Shown here: in pieces, positions 9,537 through 17,545 of the stretch
Position numbering within the stretch: position 1 is the stretch's first letter
How the letters are laid out: every line of letters starts with the position of its first letter
Source of the DNA: Candidatus Shapirobacteria bacterium
GTDB lineage: Bacteria; Patescibacteriota; Microgenomatia; UBA12405
DNA: 64,000 nt
Reading direction: 5' to 3'
NCBI GenBank assembly: GCA_028700625.1
Contig: JAQVSI010000001.1
Span: 7,570 to 71,569, forward strand
Notes under the pieces: generated by a model
What the model saw: the letters and a program-made list of their open reading frames with translations, nothing else
Databases searched by the model: none
Told to the model about the DNA's origin: nothing
Program-made: the position numbers and the translations under genes

Positions 9537-10616
9537 TTAATACCTTATTTCTCTCGTATTTTCATCCAAATATTTAAACTGAATTGTCACCATTTTATTT
9601 TCTTTTTTTAGTTTCTCAAAATTTTTCTCACCCATATTTTCCGGCCACTCAATACAAGCAATATTGTTTTTGAATAATTCAAAAAATTTTATTTCTTCCA
9701 ATTCATAATCGGCACTAATTCTATACAAATCAAAATGCAAAAACTTTTTTTGTCCCCCTTTCGTCAAAGGGGGATGTCCGAAGGACAGGGGGATTTGATA
9801 TTCATTATAAATCACAAAAGTCGGACTCGTGATTTTTTCTTTTACTCCCAATAAATGTCCTATTTTACGGCTAAAAACCGTCTTACCACATCCCAAATCC
9901 CCAGTTAGGGCAAAAATAATTGGTTTATCAATATATTTTTTTAATAAAAATTCAGCAATTTTTCCTGTCTCTTTTTCCGATTTGGAAATCAATGTTTGAC
10001 TATTAGTAGTAATTAAATCACCTCGTCTTAATATTTTTAATTCCGCTTCAGTGGCATCAATTACTGTTGATGGTTTATTTCTTGGCAATTTTCCCGCATC
10101 CACAATCAAATCAATCATCTTCTTTTTCTTATTAGAAAGTGGTCTTAAAAAACTGGCGATTGAATAATTTGGAGTTCGTCCCGATAAATTTGCTGAAGTT
10201 GCTGTTATTGGTTTTTTAAATATTTTTACTAAATCGTGAATATATTTATTGTCTGGAATTCTAATTCCCAAAGTTCCATTTTCTGCTTCTATTCCGAGAG
10301 AGACCTTATGTTTTCCATTACTGACAATTGTAAAAGGGCCGGGTAATAAATTTGTATAAATATTTTGTCCATTTTCATTAAGTTCAACGTATTCCAAGGC
10401 CATTTTTTTATTAAAAACTGCGACCGAAATTGCCTTACCTGTCCATCTATTTTTAAAAGACAATAGTTTTTCTGTCGCTTTTTGGTTAGTTGGATCTACT
10501 GCCAAAATATAAACCGTATCACTTGGAAACACTACCAATCCACCATTTTTTAAAATCCTTGCGGTTTCTGATATAACTTTTTGATAATTATTTTCCTTAA
10601 TCTCCACTATTTTCAT
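9537..10616 (-). CDS. tsaC-tsaE: Fused L-threonylcarbamoyladenylate synthase (TsaC/Sua5/YrdC domain) - TsaE (YjeE P-loop ATPase) bifunctional t6A protein
   Basis: N-terminal half: VFPSDTVYIL, TSANLSGRTP (YrdC signature). C-terminal half: GDLGCGKTVF P-loop, SPTFVIYNEY, HFDLYRI (TsaE signature). Contains an in-frame repeat insertion. Confidence 0.7.
   Translation of the reverse strand: MKIVEIKENNYQKVISETARILKNGGLVVFPSDTVYILAVDPTNQKATEKLLSFKNRWTGKAISVAVFNKKMALEYVELNENGQNIYTNLLPGPFTIVSNGKHKVSLGIEAENGTLGIRIPDNKYIHDLVKIFKKPITATSANLSGRTPNYSIASFLRPLSNKKKKMIDLIVDAGKLPRNKPSTVIDATEAELKILRRGDLITTNSQTLISKSEKETGKIAEFLLKKYIDKPIIFALTGDLGCGKTVFSRKIGHLLGVKEKITSPTFVIYNEYQIPLSFGHPPLTKGGQKKFLHFDLYRISADYELEEIKFFELFKNNIACIEWPENMGEKNFEKLKKENKMVTIQFKYLDENTREIRY
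9753..9796. repeat. Palindromic element, copy 2, located in frame inside the tsaE domain (encodes ..SFGHPPLTKGGQKK.. on the minus strand)
   Basis: tccCCCTTTCGTCAAAGGGGGatgtCCGaaggaCAGGGGGATTT matches the repeat family. Confidence 0.7.
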
Positions 10617-10659
10617 GACACTATTTTATCACCTAAATACAACTTCTCCCTTTTAAAAT

Positions 10660-10708
10660 CCTCCCTGTTAAGGGAGGAAAAAAAGGTTCTTTAGGGAAGG
10701 TAGGTTTT
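10660..10708. repeat. Palindromic element, degenerate copy 3 (intergenic, upstream of valS)
   Basis: CCTCCCTGTTAAGGGAGG hairpin followed by a second hairpin region and GGTTTT. Confidence 0.5.
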
Positions 10709-10733
10709 AACTGTTTTATGCTAAAATACTCGC

Positions 10734-13013
10734 ATGGATAAAGCTTATAATTCCTCACAAGAAAGCGAAATTTATGAACTCTGGCAAAATTCTGGTGCCT
10801 TCACTCCAATAGTTCCCAAAAATCCCAAACAAGCCAAATTAAAAGATAATCCTTATTCAATTATTCTTCCTCTTCCCAATGCCAACGACCCTATGCATAT
10901 GGGCCACGCTCTCTTCACTATCCAAGATATTTTAGTTCGTTATCACCGCATGCTTGGTCAACCAACCCTTTGGCTTCCTGGTGGCGATCATGCAGGCATT
11001 GAAACTCAATTTGTTTTTGAAAAAAGATTAGCCAAAGAAGGAAAAAGTCGTTTTGATTTTGATCGTCAAACTCTCTATAAAATGATTTGGGATTTTGTTG
11101 AAGAAAATCGAAAATTAAATCAATTTCAAATGAAAAAACTTGGCTTTTCTATGGATTGGACTCGTTACCACTATTCTCTAGAAGAGCCAATTGTCGAAAA
11201 TGTTCTCGCTACTTTTAAAAAGCTTTACAGTGACGGACTAGTTTATCGCGATGAAAAAATTGTCAATTATTGTACTTTTTGCGGCACTGCTTTTTCCAAT
11301 CTCGAAGTCGATCATAAAACTGTTGCTTCTCATCTTTGGTATATAAAATATGGTCCTTTAACCGTTGCCACCACTCGTCCCGAAACCATGTTGGGTGACA
11401 CCGCTGTAGCTGTGAACCCTAAAGATAAAAGATATAAAGATTTAATTGGCAAAACCATAACTCTTCCTTTAGTTAACAAAGAAATCCCTGTAATAGGGGA
11501 TGATTCTATTGATATCGAATTTGGTACCGGTGCTGTTAAAGTCACTCCAAGTCATTCTCTTGAAGATTATGACATGGCCAAAAAACACAATCTAGAATTT
11601 GTCCGTATTTTCGATTACGATGGTAAATCAAATAATAATGTTCCCGAAAAATATCGTGGCCTATTTCCAAATCAAGTCCGTCAAATGGTCATCGACGATT
11701 TAACTGCTCTTGGTCTCATGGAAAAAATTGAAGATTATTCGCATGAAGTTGGTCATTGTTATCGTTGTGGTCGCCCTATCGAGCCAATTACTGCTCCTCA
11801 ATGGTATGTCAAAATAGATAAATTAGCCAAACCTGCAATCGAAGCTGCTAAAACTAGTCAAATCAAATTTTTCCCCACTCGTTTCAAAAAAACCTATACC
11901 ACTTGGATGGAAAATATCCGAGATTGGAACATTTCCCGTCAAATTGTCTGGGGTCCACGTATTCCGGCTTGGTATTGTCTCGATTGCAATCCCGACATTA
12001 AATTAAATTTCTTGGATAAAAACAAAGAAGTTGTTTCTGGTTTTTACAAAGATTTAAAAGGTAAATATTCAGTCGAAGAAATTAAAAATGGTTTGCAATC
12101 ATTAGTGGCTCCAGTCGATGCCGATTTTACTGTCGATCATCTCGATCACTGTCCAAAATGTAAATCTACCTCTCTTATCCAAGAAACTGATACTTTTGAT
12201 ACTTGGTTTTTAAGTGGTCAATGGCCATTAAGTACTCTTGGTTTCAATACGGCAAATTCTTCTAAATCATCACCAGACTTTGATTATTTTTATCCAACCA
12301 CTGTTATGGATACTCTTTGGGATATTTTATTTTTTTGGGTGGCCAGAATGACCATGTTTGGCCTCTATCTAACTGGCAATGTTCCTTTCAAGACTGTTCA
12401 TCTTCATTCTAAAGTTACCGATGCTAAAGGTCAAAAAATGAGTAAAAGTAAAGGTAATGTAGTTAATCCTTTGGATGTAACCGAAAAATACGGGACAGAT
12501 GCTCTTCGTATGTCACTTGTCTATGGCATTGCCCCAGCTTCTGATTTTGTCGTTTCTGAAGATAAAATTAGGGCCCAAAGAAATTTTGTCAATAAAATTT
12601 GGAATGCTTCCCGTTTTGTTGAAATGCTCATCGATCGCCTTAATCCTTCAAAAATTTCTCTTGATATAGACAAATCCAAATTAACCGATGCAGATAAAAA
12701 TATTTTAGATAAATTAAATCAAATTATCATTTCTACTACTAAAAATTTAGAAACTTATCATTTTGGCCAAGCCTCTGAAGATTTATATCAATTTTTTTGG
12801 AAAGATTTTTGTGATGTTTATATTGAAAATGCCAAAGATAGGGGAGAAGAAACTATTCCTATTTTATTGACCGTTTTAGAAACTAGTTTAAAACTTCTTC
12901 ATCCTTTTATTCCTTTTATAACTGAAACCGTCTACCAAAATTTGCAGGGAAAATTCAATTTTAAAAAAGAATTGTTAATTTCTTCTTCCTGGCCAAATGA
13001 AATCAAATATTAA
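10734..13013 (+). CDS. valS: Valyl-tRNA synthetase (short form, 759 aa, lacks long C-terminal coiled-coil)
   Basis: HMGHA (HIGH motif), KMSKS, DWNISRQIVWGPRIP (ValRS-type), CP1 editing-domain region. Confidence 0.85.
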   Translation: MDKAYNSSQESEIYELWQNSGAFTPIVPKNPKQAKLKDNPYSIILPLPNANDPMHMGHALFTIQDILVRYHRMLGQPTLWLPGGDHAGIETQFVFEKRLAKEGKSRFDFDRQTLYKMIWDFVEENRKLNQFQMKKLGFSMDWTRYHYSLEEPIVENVLATFKKLYSDGLVYRDEKIVNYCTFCGTAFSNLEVDHKTVASHLWYIKYGPLTVATTRPETMLGDTAVAVNPKDKRYKDLIGKTITLPLVNKEIPVIGDDSIDIEFGTGAVKVTPSHSLEDYDMAKKHNLEFVRIFDYDGKSNNNVPEKYRGLFPNQVRQMVIDDLTALGLMEKIEDYSHEVGHCYRCGRPIEPITAPQWYVKIDKLAKPAIEAAKTSQIKFFPTRFKKTYTTWMENIRDWNISRQIVWGPRIPAWYCLDCNPDIKLNFLDKNKEVVSGFYKDLKGKYSVEEIKNGLQSLVAPVDADFTVDHLDHCPKCKSTSLIQETDTFDTWFLSGQWPLSTLGFNTANSSKSSPDFDYFYPTTVMDTLWDILFFWVARMTMFGLYLTGNVPFKTVHLHSKVTDAKGQKMSKSKGNVVNPLDVTEKYGTDALRMSLVYGIAPASDFVVSEDKIRAQRNFVNKIWNASRFVEMLIDRLNPSKISLDIDKSKLTDADKNILDKLNQIIISTTKNLETYHFGQASEDLYQFFWKDFCDVYIENAKDRGEETIPILLTVLETSLKLLHPFIPFITETVYQNLQGKFNFKKELLISSSWPNEIKY

Positions 13014-13464
13014 AAAGATATTATCAAAGCTTTTTATTTGTTTTTTTTTAATTTTTATTATTTCTGTCAATTTTTTTGTTTTATCTACTCGTTCCGATAT
13101 TTTTACTAAACATAAAAAAGATTTATTTAGCCAAAATTTAGGGGATAGTTATTCTGGTCGTCTCAATTTGTGGCGTCTTTTAGTTCAAAACAACGACTGG
13201 ATAAATGCTGTCAAGCTTGAGCCAAAATTAAATCAAACCGAAATTAGCGACTATAAATTTAATTATCAACCTTCAGAACTTCAAAAAAAAGTTGATTATT
13301 TAAATAATAAAACAGATAAATCAGTTGAAGATTATATCGAATTATCAAGAATACAACTCCTTTTAGGTCAAAAACAAGAAAGTCTACAATCCATCAAAAA
13401 AGCCCGTCAACTCGATCCTGTTAGGGATGATGTTGACAGGCTTTATTACTCTCTGTCTAAATAA
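12997..13464 (+). CDS. Hypothetical membrane-anchored protein (155 aa), overlaps valS 3' end
   Basis: N-terminal TM; no recognisable motif. Confidence 0.3.
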   Translation: MKSNIKKILSKLFICFFLIFIISVNFFVLSTRSDIFTKHKKDLFSQNLGDSYSGRLNLWRLLVQNNDWINAVKLEPKLNQTEISDYKFNYQPSELQKKVDYLNNKTDKSVEDYIELSRIQLLLGQKQESLQSIKKARQLDPVRDDVDRLYYSLSK

Positions 13465-13468
13465 CCCG

Positions 13469-14146
13469 TTATTCGGCTTTTTCTTCCTTGTCGGTTGAAG
13501 ATTCGTCAGAATCGGATTCACTTTTTTGTTCAGTTGCTGGGACATCTTCTGGAACAACTTCTGTCTCTGGAGTTTCAATCACTTCTTCAGCTCTTGGGGC
13601 TTCAATTTTAACAATAACTTGTTCTAAGCTAGTTACCATTTCTACTTTTTCATCAAGTTTAATATCAGCCACAGTGATAGCGTCATCAACTGCATTCAAA
13701 ACTGAAATATCGACTTCAATGCTTTTCGGTAAATCAGTTGGCAAAGCCTCAACTTCAACTTCAGTAGTAACTTCAATTAAAGTATTTCCTTCTTTAACAG
13801 CCACAGATTCACCAATAAATTCAATTGGCACTGAAGCAGTAATCTTTTCTTTTAAATTAACTTTATAACAATCAATATGAATAAGATCACCTAAAATTGC
13901 ACTATATTGAGGATTTCTAAATAATATTGGTAATTTTTCTTCACCAATCAAAAGTTCAACCAAACCGGATTCTCCAACTTCATTAAAAAGTTTTTCCAAT
14001 TCTAAAGTTTTAAATTGGATTGAAAGAGATTCGAATTTATGTCCATAAACAGTTGCTGGTATCAAACCTTCTTTTCTTAATTGTCTAACTTTTCTACCGA
14101 CTACAGTTCTAATATCGGCTATCATCTGATGTTTTTCTTTTGTCAT
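13469..14146 (-). CDS. rplY: 50S ribosomal protein L25 (Ctc form with acidic C-terminal extension)
   Basis: RTVVGRKVRQLRKEGLIPATVYG N-terminus typical of L25/Ctc. Confidence 0.8.
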   Translation of the reverse strand: MTKEKHQMIADIRTVVGRKVRQLRKEGLIPATVYGHKFESLSIQFKTLELEKLFNEVGESGLVELLIGEEKLPILFRNPQYSAILGDLIHIDCYKVNLKEKITASVPIEFIGESVAVKEGNTLIEVTTEVEVEALPTDLPKSIEVDISVLNAVDDAITVADIKLDEKVEMVTSLEQVIVKIEAPRAEEVIETPETEVVPEDVPATEQKSESDSDESSTDKEEKAE

Positions 14147-14264
14147 TTTTTTCTTTTGCCTAATGTTCCTTCAGCTTAATGCTTACCTAACTTCGGCTTT
14201 AATAAACTTCGTCTATTATACCAGTAAAATTATTTTTTCCAAATCAAATAAATTAAATCAATTT

Positions 14265-14735
14265 TTATTTGCTTTTTTGTCGAGGAATCCTAACAGTATA
14301 ATAATAAAGTGGTTCTGTTTTACCAGATGTTTTAAATTCTCTTAAGTTTTCAAACCAATACCTCAATACTGCTCTGGCATCTTCATTCAAAGATTTATCC
14401 GAATTATTGATGAATAACTCTAGTGCATTATCATCCATAGTTATTTTTGTTTCTCTATGTTCAGAAATATCAAGGTTAAATCTTTTAACTTTATAATTTT
14501 CTCCAATCAATTTTGGCCAAATTTCATCTCTAATTTTACTAAATTTATCCTTAGTGTTTGAGTAATTACAAACTTCAATATTTTTACCATTGTCAACAAA
14601 ATCAACGCTCATCCTTCTTAAATTAATATGCCTTGGAACCGGAACATCCAGCATTTCTCTTATTAATTGCTGAGATGGTTTTTCTATTGTTAATAACAGA
14701 TGAAAACCAACACCATTATTTTCTACTTTTGTCAT
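14265..14735 (-). CDS. Hypothetical protein (156 aa)
   Basis: ORF only. Confidence 0.3.
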   Translation of the reverse strand: MTKVENNGVGFHLLLTIEKPSQQLIREMLDVPVPRHINLRRMSVDFVDNGKNIEVCNYSNTKDKFSKIRDEIWPKLIGENYKVKRFNLDISEHRETKITMDDNALELFINNSDKSLNEDARAVLRYWFENLREFKTSGKTEPLYYYTVRIPRQKSK

Positions 14736-14776
14736 ATATTTCCGGGCAGAAAATATTAATTTAAATATTCTAACAC

Positions 14777-15790
14777 ATGGTAAAATTTCATATGTCTAAT
14801 AAACCACGAATTCTTACTGGAGATCGACCTACTGGCCCTCTCCACCTAGGTCATTACATTGGCACTCTTAAAAATAGGGTCAAACTTCAAGATGAATTTG
14901 ATTGTTTTTTTATTATGGCTGACCTCCATACTTTAACGACTGATTTTTCAAAAGATAAAACTTCTACTCTAAAAGATCGAGTTAGGGGATTAGTTCTTGA
15001 TTATCTTTCTGTCGGTATTGATCCAGCCAAAGCTGTTATTTACCAACAAAGTAAAGTCCCCCAAGTTACTTACTTAGAGAGCATTTTTACCAATTTAATT
15101 ACTGTTCCTAGAGCTCAAAGAGTTCCTACCTTAAAAGAAGTCATTCGCGATTTAAATATTAAACAGCCTTCCCTTGGTCTTCTCAATTATCCAGCTCTTA
15201 TGGCTGCCGATATTCTTATGGTCAAGGCCAATTTAGTTCCAGTTGGTAAAGATCAGGAAAGTCATGTTGAAGTTACTCGTGAAATTGCTTCCACTTTCAA
15301 TAAAACTTATGGTGAAGTTTTCCCAATCCCAAAAGCCTTAATTGGTGATGGTGGAACATTAATTGGCACTGATGGTCAAGCCAAAATGAGTAAATCTATT
15401 GGTAATTGTATTTATCTTTCTGATGATACTGAAACTGTTAATAAAAAAGTAAAGGGTATGTACACTGATCCTACTCGTCTTAAACCAACCGATCCAGGCC
15501 ATATCGAAGGTAACCCAGTTTTTATCTATCATGATGCTTTTAATGACAATAAAGCTGAAGTTGATGATTTAAAAGCTCGTTACATAAAAGGACAAGTGGG
15601 GGATGTCGAGGTCAAAGAAAAATTAAGTTTGGCTATCAATAAATTTTTAGACCCAATTCGTGCCAAAAGAGCCGAATTTGAGGGTAAATTAGATTTAATT
15701 GACCAAATTATTGACTCTGGTTCTAAAAAAGCTAGTCTCGAATCTCAAAAAACTCTAGACGAAGTGTTGTCAGCCATGGGAATTAGATAA
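14777..15790 (+). CDS. trpS: Tryptophanyl-tRNA synthetase
   Basis: TGDRPTGPLHLGHY (HIGH), KMSKS motif, 337 aa. Confidence 0.85.
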   Translation: MVKFHMSNKPRILTGDRPTGPLHLGHYIGTLKNRVKLQDEFDCFFIMADLHTLTTDFSKDKTSTLKDRVRGLVLDYLSVGIDPAKAVIYQQSKVPQVTYLESIFTNLITVPRAQRVPTLKEVIRDLNIKQPSLGLLNYPALMAADILMVKANLVPVGKDQESHVEVTREIASTFNKTYGEVFPIPKALIGDGGTLIGTDGQAKMSKSIGNCIYLSDDTETVNKKVKGMYTDPTRLKPTDPGHIEGNPVFIYHDAFNDNKAEVDDLKARYIKGQVGDVEVKEKLSLAINKFLDPIRAKRAEFEGKLDLIDQIIDSGSKKASLESQKTLDEVLSAMGIR

Positions 15791-15797
15791 TTTTAGG

Positions 15798-15871
15798 TGG
15801 GTATGCATGGACTCGAACCATGGACCCCCGACTTATAAGATCGGTGCTCTAACCAACTGAGCTACATACCC
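15798..15871 (-). tRNA. tRNA-Ile (anticodon UAU), cloverleaf folded by hand; CCA not encoded
   Basis: Reverse complement GGGTATGTAGCTCAGTTGGTTAGAGCACCGATCTTATAAGTCGGGGGTCCATGGTTCGAGTCCATGCATACCC: 7-bp acceptor, D-arm, anticodon loop CTTATAA, T-loop TTCGAGT. Confidence 0.7.
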
Positions 15872-15875
15872 TAAG

Positions 15876-15949
15876 TAGCAGGAGTGGGACTCGAACCCAC
15901 GACCTCAGCGTTATGAATGCTGTGCTCTAACCGGCTGAGCTACCCTGCC
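15876..15949 (-). tRNA. tRNA with anticodon CAU (Met elongator or lysidine Ile2)
   Basis: Reverse complement GGCAGGGTAGCTCAGCCGGTTAGAGCACAGCATTCATAACGCTGAGGTCGTGGGTTCGAGTCCCACTCCTGCT; anticodon loop TTCATAA; G-U pairs at the acceptor ends. Confidence 0.65.
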
Positions 15950-15985
15950 AAAGTATATGAATTATACCAAAATTTATAAAGATTT

Positions 15986-16035
15986 CTCCCTTTCATCAAA
16001 GAGAGATGCCCCGCAACAGCGGGGAGAGGGATTTA
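15986..16035. repeat. Palindromic element, copy 4 (between tRNAs): TCTCCCTTTCATCAAAGAGAGATGCCCCGCAACAGCGGGGAGAGGGATTT
   Basis: Repeat family member. Confidence 0.65.
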
Positions 16036-16083
16036 AGACAAAAAACAAAAAAGCCGCCTAATTAAAGACAGCCCCTTTGTTTG

Positions 16084-16153
16084 TTGCGGGGCTAGGAGTT
16101 GAACCTAGCCTGTGAGATTATGAGCCTCACGTGCAGCCGTACACTACCCCGCA
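16084..16153 (-). tRNA. tRNA with anticodon CAU (70 nt, short D-arm, 4-nt variable loop; fMet or Met/Ile2)
   Basis: Reverse complement TGCGGGGTAGTGTACGGCTGCACGTGAGGCTCATAATCTCACAGGCTAGGTTCAACTCCTAGCCCCGCAA; perfect 7-bp acceptor, anticodon loop CTCATAA. Confidence 0.5.
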
Positions 16154-16215
16154 TGTATAGTCTCTACAAAGCTTTACGCATAGAAGACTTTGTTCGCTAT
16201 TCTAGCACAGTCATT

Positions 16216-16563
16216 TTACTGAGTAAACAGCTTAATCCATTGTCTAATTTTAGGTATTTCTTTATTTTCATTTGTTTTAGGAAATAAATCCAGATTTTCT
16301 TCTTTGTTTAGCTTCAACCAAACATCGTTTTCTCTTCCCATCCCAAATTTTTCATGAGCTTGTTGATCAATAAAAGCACTACTGGTAGCGTATTCTATTT
16401 TTTGTTTCAAAATTTGGTTTTTTTGGCTCAAATTATTAATTTCTTTCTCTATCTTTATATTTTGTTTTTTAGCTTCTTTTAGGGTTCCAAACTGGGTCGT
16501 GATATTACTAATTATTGAGCCAGTTATTACCAACCCCAGTAAAATTAAAAAAAATTTCTTCAT
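16216..16563 (-). CDS. ftsB: Septum formation initiator (FtsB/DivIC-like) protein
   Basis: N-terminal TM, coiled-coil, and conserved C-terminal IDQQAHEKFGMGRENDVW block typical of FtsB/DivIC. Confidence 0.5.
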   Translation of the reverse strand: MKKFFLILLGLVITGSIISNITTQFGTLKEAKKQNIKIEKEINNLSQKNQILKQKIEYATSSAFIDQQAHEKFGMGRENDVWLKLNKEENLDLFPKTNENKEIPKIRQWIKLFTQ

Positions 16564-16625
16564 AGCTTGTATTTAATCCTAATTAATGTTATTATAAGCC
16601 ATAATTATTATAAAAAGTTCTCTTT

Positions 16626-17495
16626 ATGGCCGACTTATCAATTGAAAACGCTTTAAGTCTTTTCACTAGCGCGCTTACCAAAAATGGTAAGTCAATTAAT
16701 ACTATTGTAGCTTACAAAGGTGATTTGAACCAATTAATTGTTTTTTTACAAAAACAATTTCAAATTTCTACCGTTGACTTAGTTAATGAAGATTCTATTG
16801 AAGCTTTTAAAAAAAATTTAACTCAAAACGAATATACTGCTAAATCTATTTCTCGTAAACTTAATTCGGTTAAAAACTTTTTTTCTTTCTTAAAAAATGA
16901 ATCTATTATTACTATTGATCCTTCTCTTGAAATTAAACATCCAAAATACGAAAACGATTTACCAAAAATTTTAAAGCCAATTGAATACAGATCCCTTCGT
17001 GACGCCTGTCGAAATGATAGCCGTGCCACTGCCATTGTTGAATTAATGCTTCAATCGGGTTTAAGAATTAAAGAAATCGAAAGTTTAAAACTTGACGATG
17101 TAAAAGACAATGAGCTTTTAATCGAAAGTTATGAGTCTCATTCTTCTCGAGTTGTTCCTTTAAATAACTCAGCCAAAACTGCTCTTAAAAAATATTTAGA
17201 TGATGGTCGCTATCCAGGAAAAGCTAAAAATGTTTTTGTTACCAAAACTGGTCGTAGTTTATTAGCCAGAAACATTAGAAGTCTTTTAAATCGTTACTTT
17301 ATCAAGGCTGACATTAAAGATATTAAAGTTAATGATCTTCGTAACACTTTCATCGTTTTTCAGCTTAAGTCAGGTGTTCCAATTGATATTGTCTCTCAAG
17401 TCGTTGGCCATAAACGCATTTCTACTACTGAAAAATATTTGGAATTAATCGATTCTAAAGAAGAATCCAAAGGCATCAAATTAAAAGAACTCTAA
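16626..17495 (+). CDS. xerD: Tyrosine recombinase, XerC/XerD-like
   Basis: N-terminal SAM-like core-binding domain (TIVAYKGDLNQL), catalytic region LRNTF..VGHKRISTTEKYLEL (R..H..R..Y). Confidence 0.7.
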   Translation: MADLSIENALSLFTSALTKNGKSINTIVAYKGDLNQLIVFLQKQFQISTVDLVNEDSIEAFKKNLTQNEYTAKSISRKLNSVKNFFSFLKNESIITIDPSLEIKHPKYENDLPKILKPIEYRSLRDACRNDSRATAIVELMLQSGLRIKEIESLKLDDVKDNELLIESYESHSSRVVPLNNSAKTALKKYLDDGRYPGKAKNVFVTKTGRSLLARNIRSLLNRYFIKADIKDIKVNDLRNTFIVFQLKSGVPIDIVSQVVGHKRISTTEKYLELIDSKEESKGIKLKEL

Positions 17496-17500
17496 ATAAG

Positions 17501-17545
17501 CCGTCCCTTTTCAAGGGAGGGTGCCCGCAGGGCGGGTGGGTTTTA
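17501..17545. repeat. Palindromic element, copy 5 (canonical): CCGTCCCTTTTCAAGGGAGGGTGCCCGCAGGGCGGGTGGGTTTTA, between convergent xerD and the ATPase gene, abutting the ATPase stop codon
   Basis: Repeat family member; double hairpin plus T-run is terminator-like. Confidence 0.75.

Noticed and set aside
16099-16287. 62-aa plus-strand ORF
   Set aside because: Lies across the minus-strand tRNA(CAU) and its flank; no coding signal
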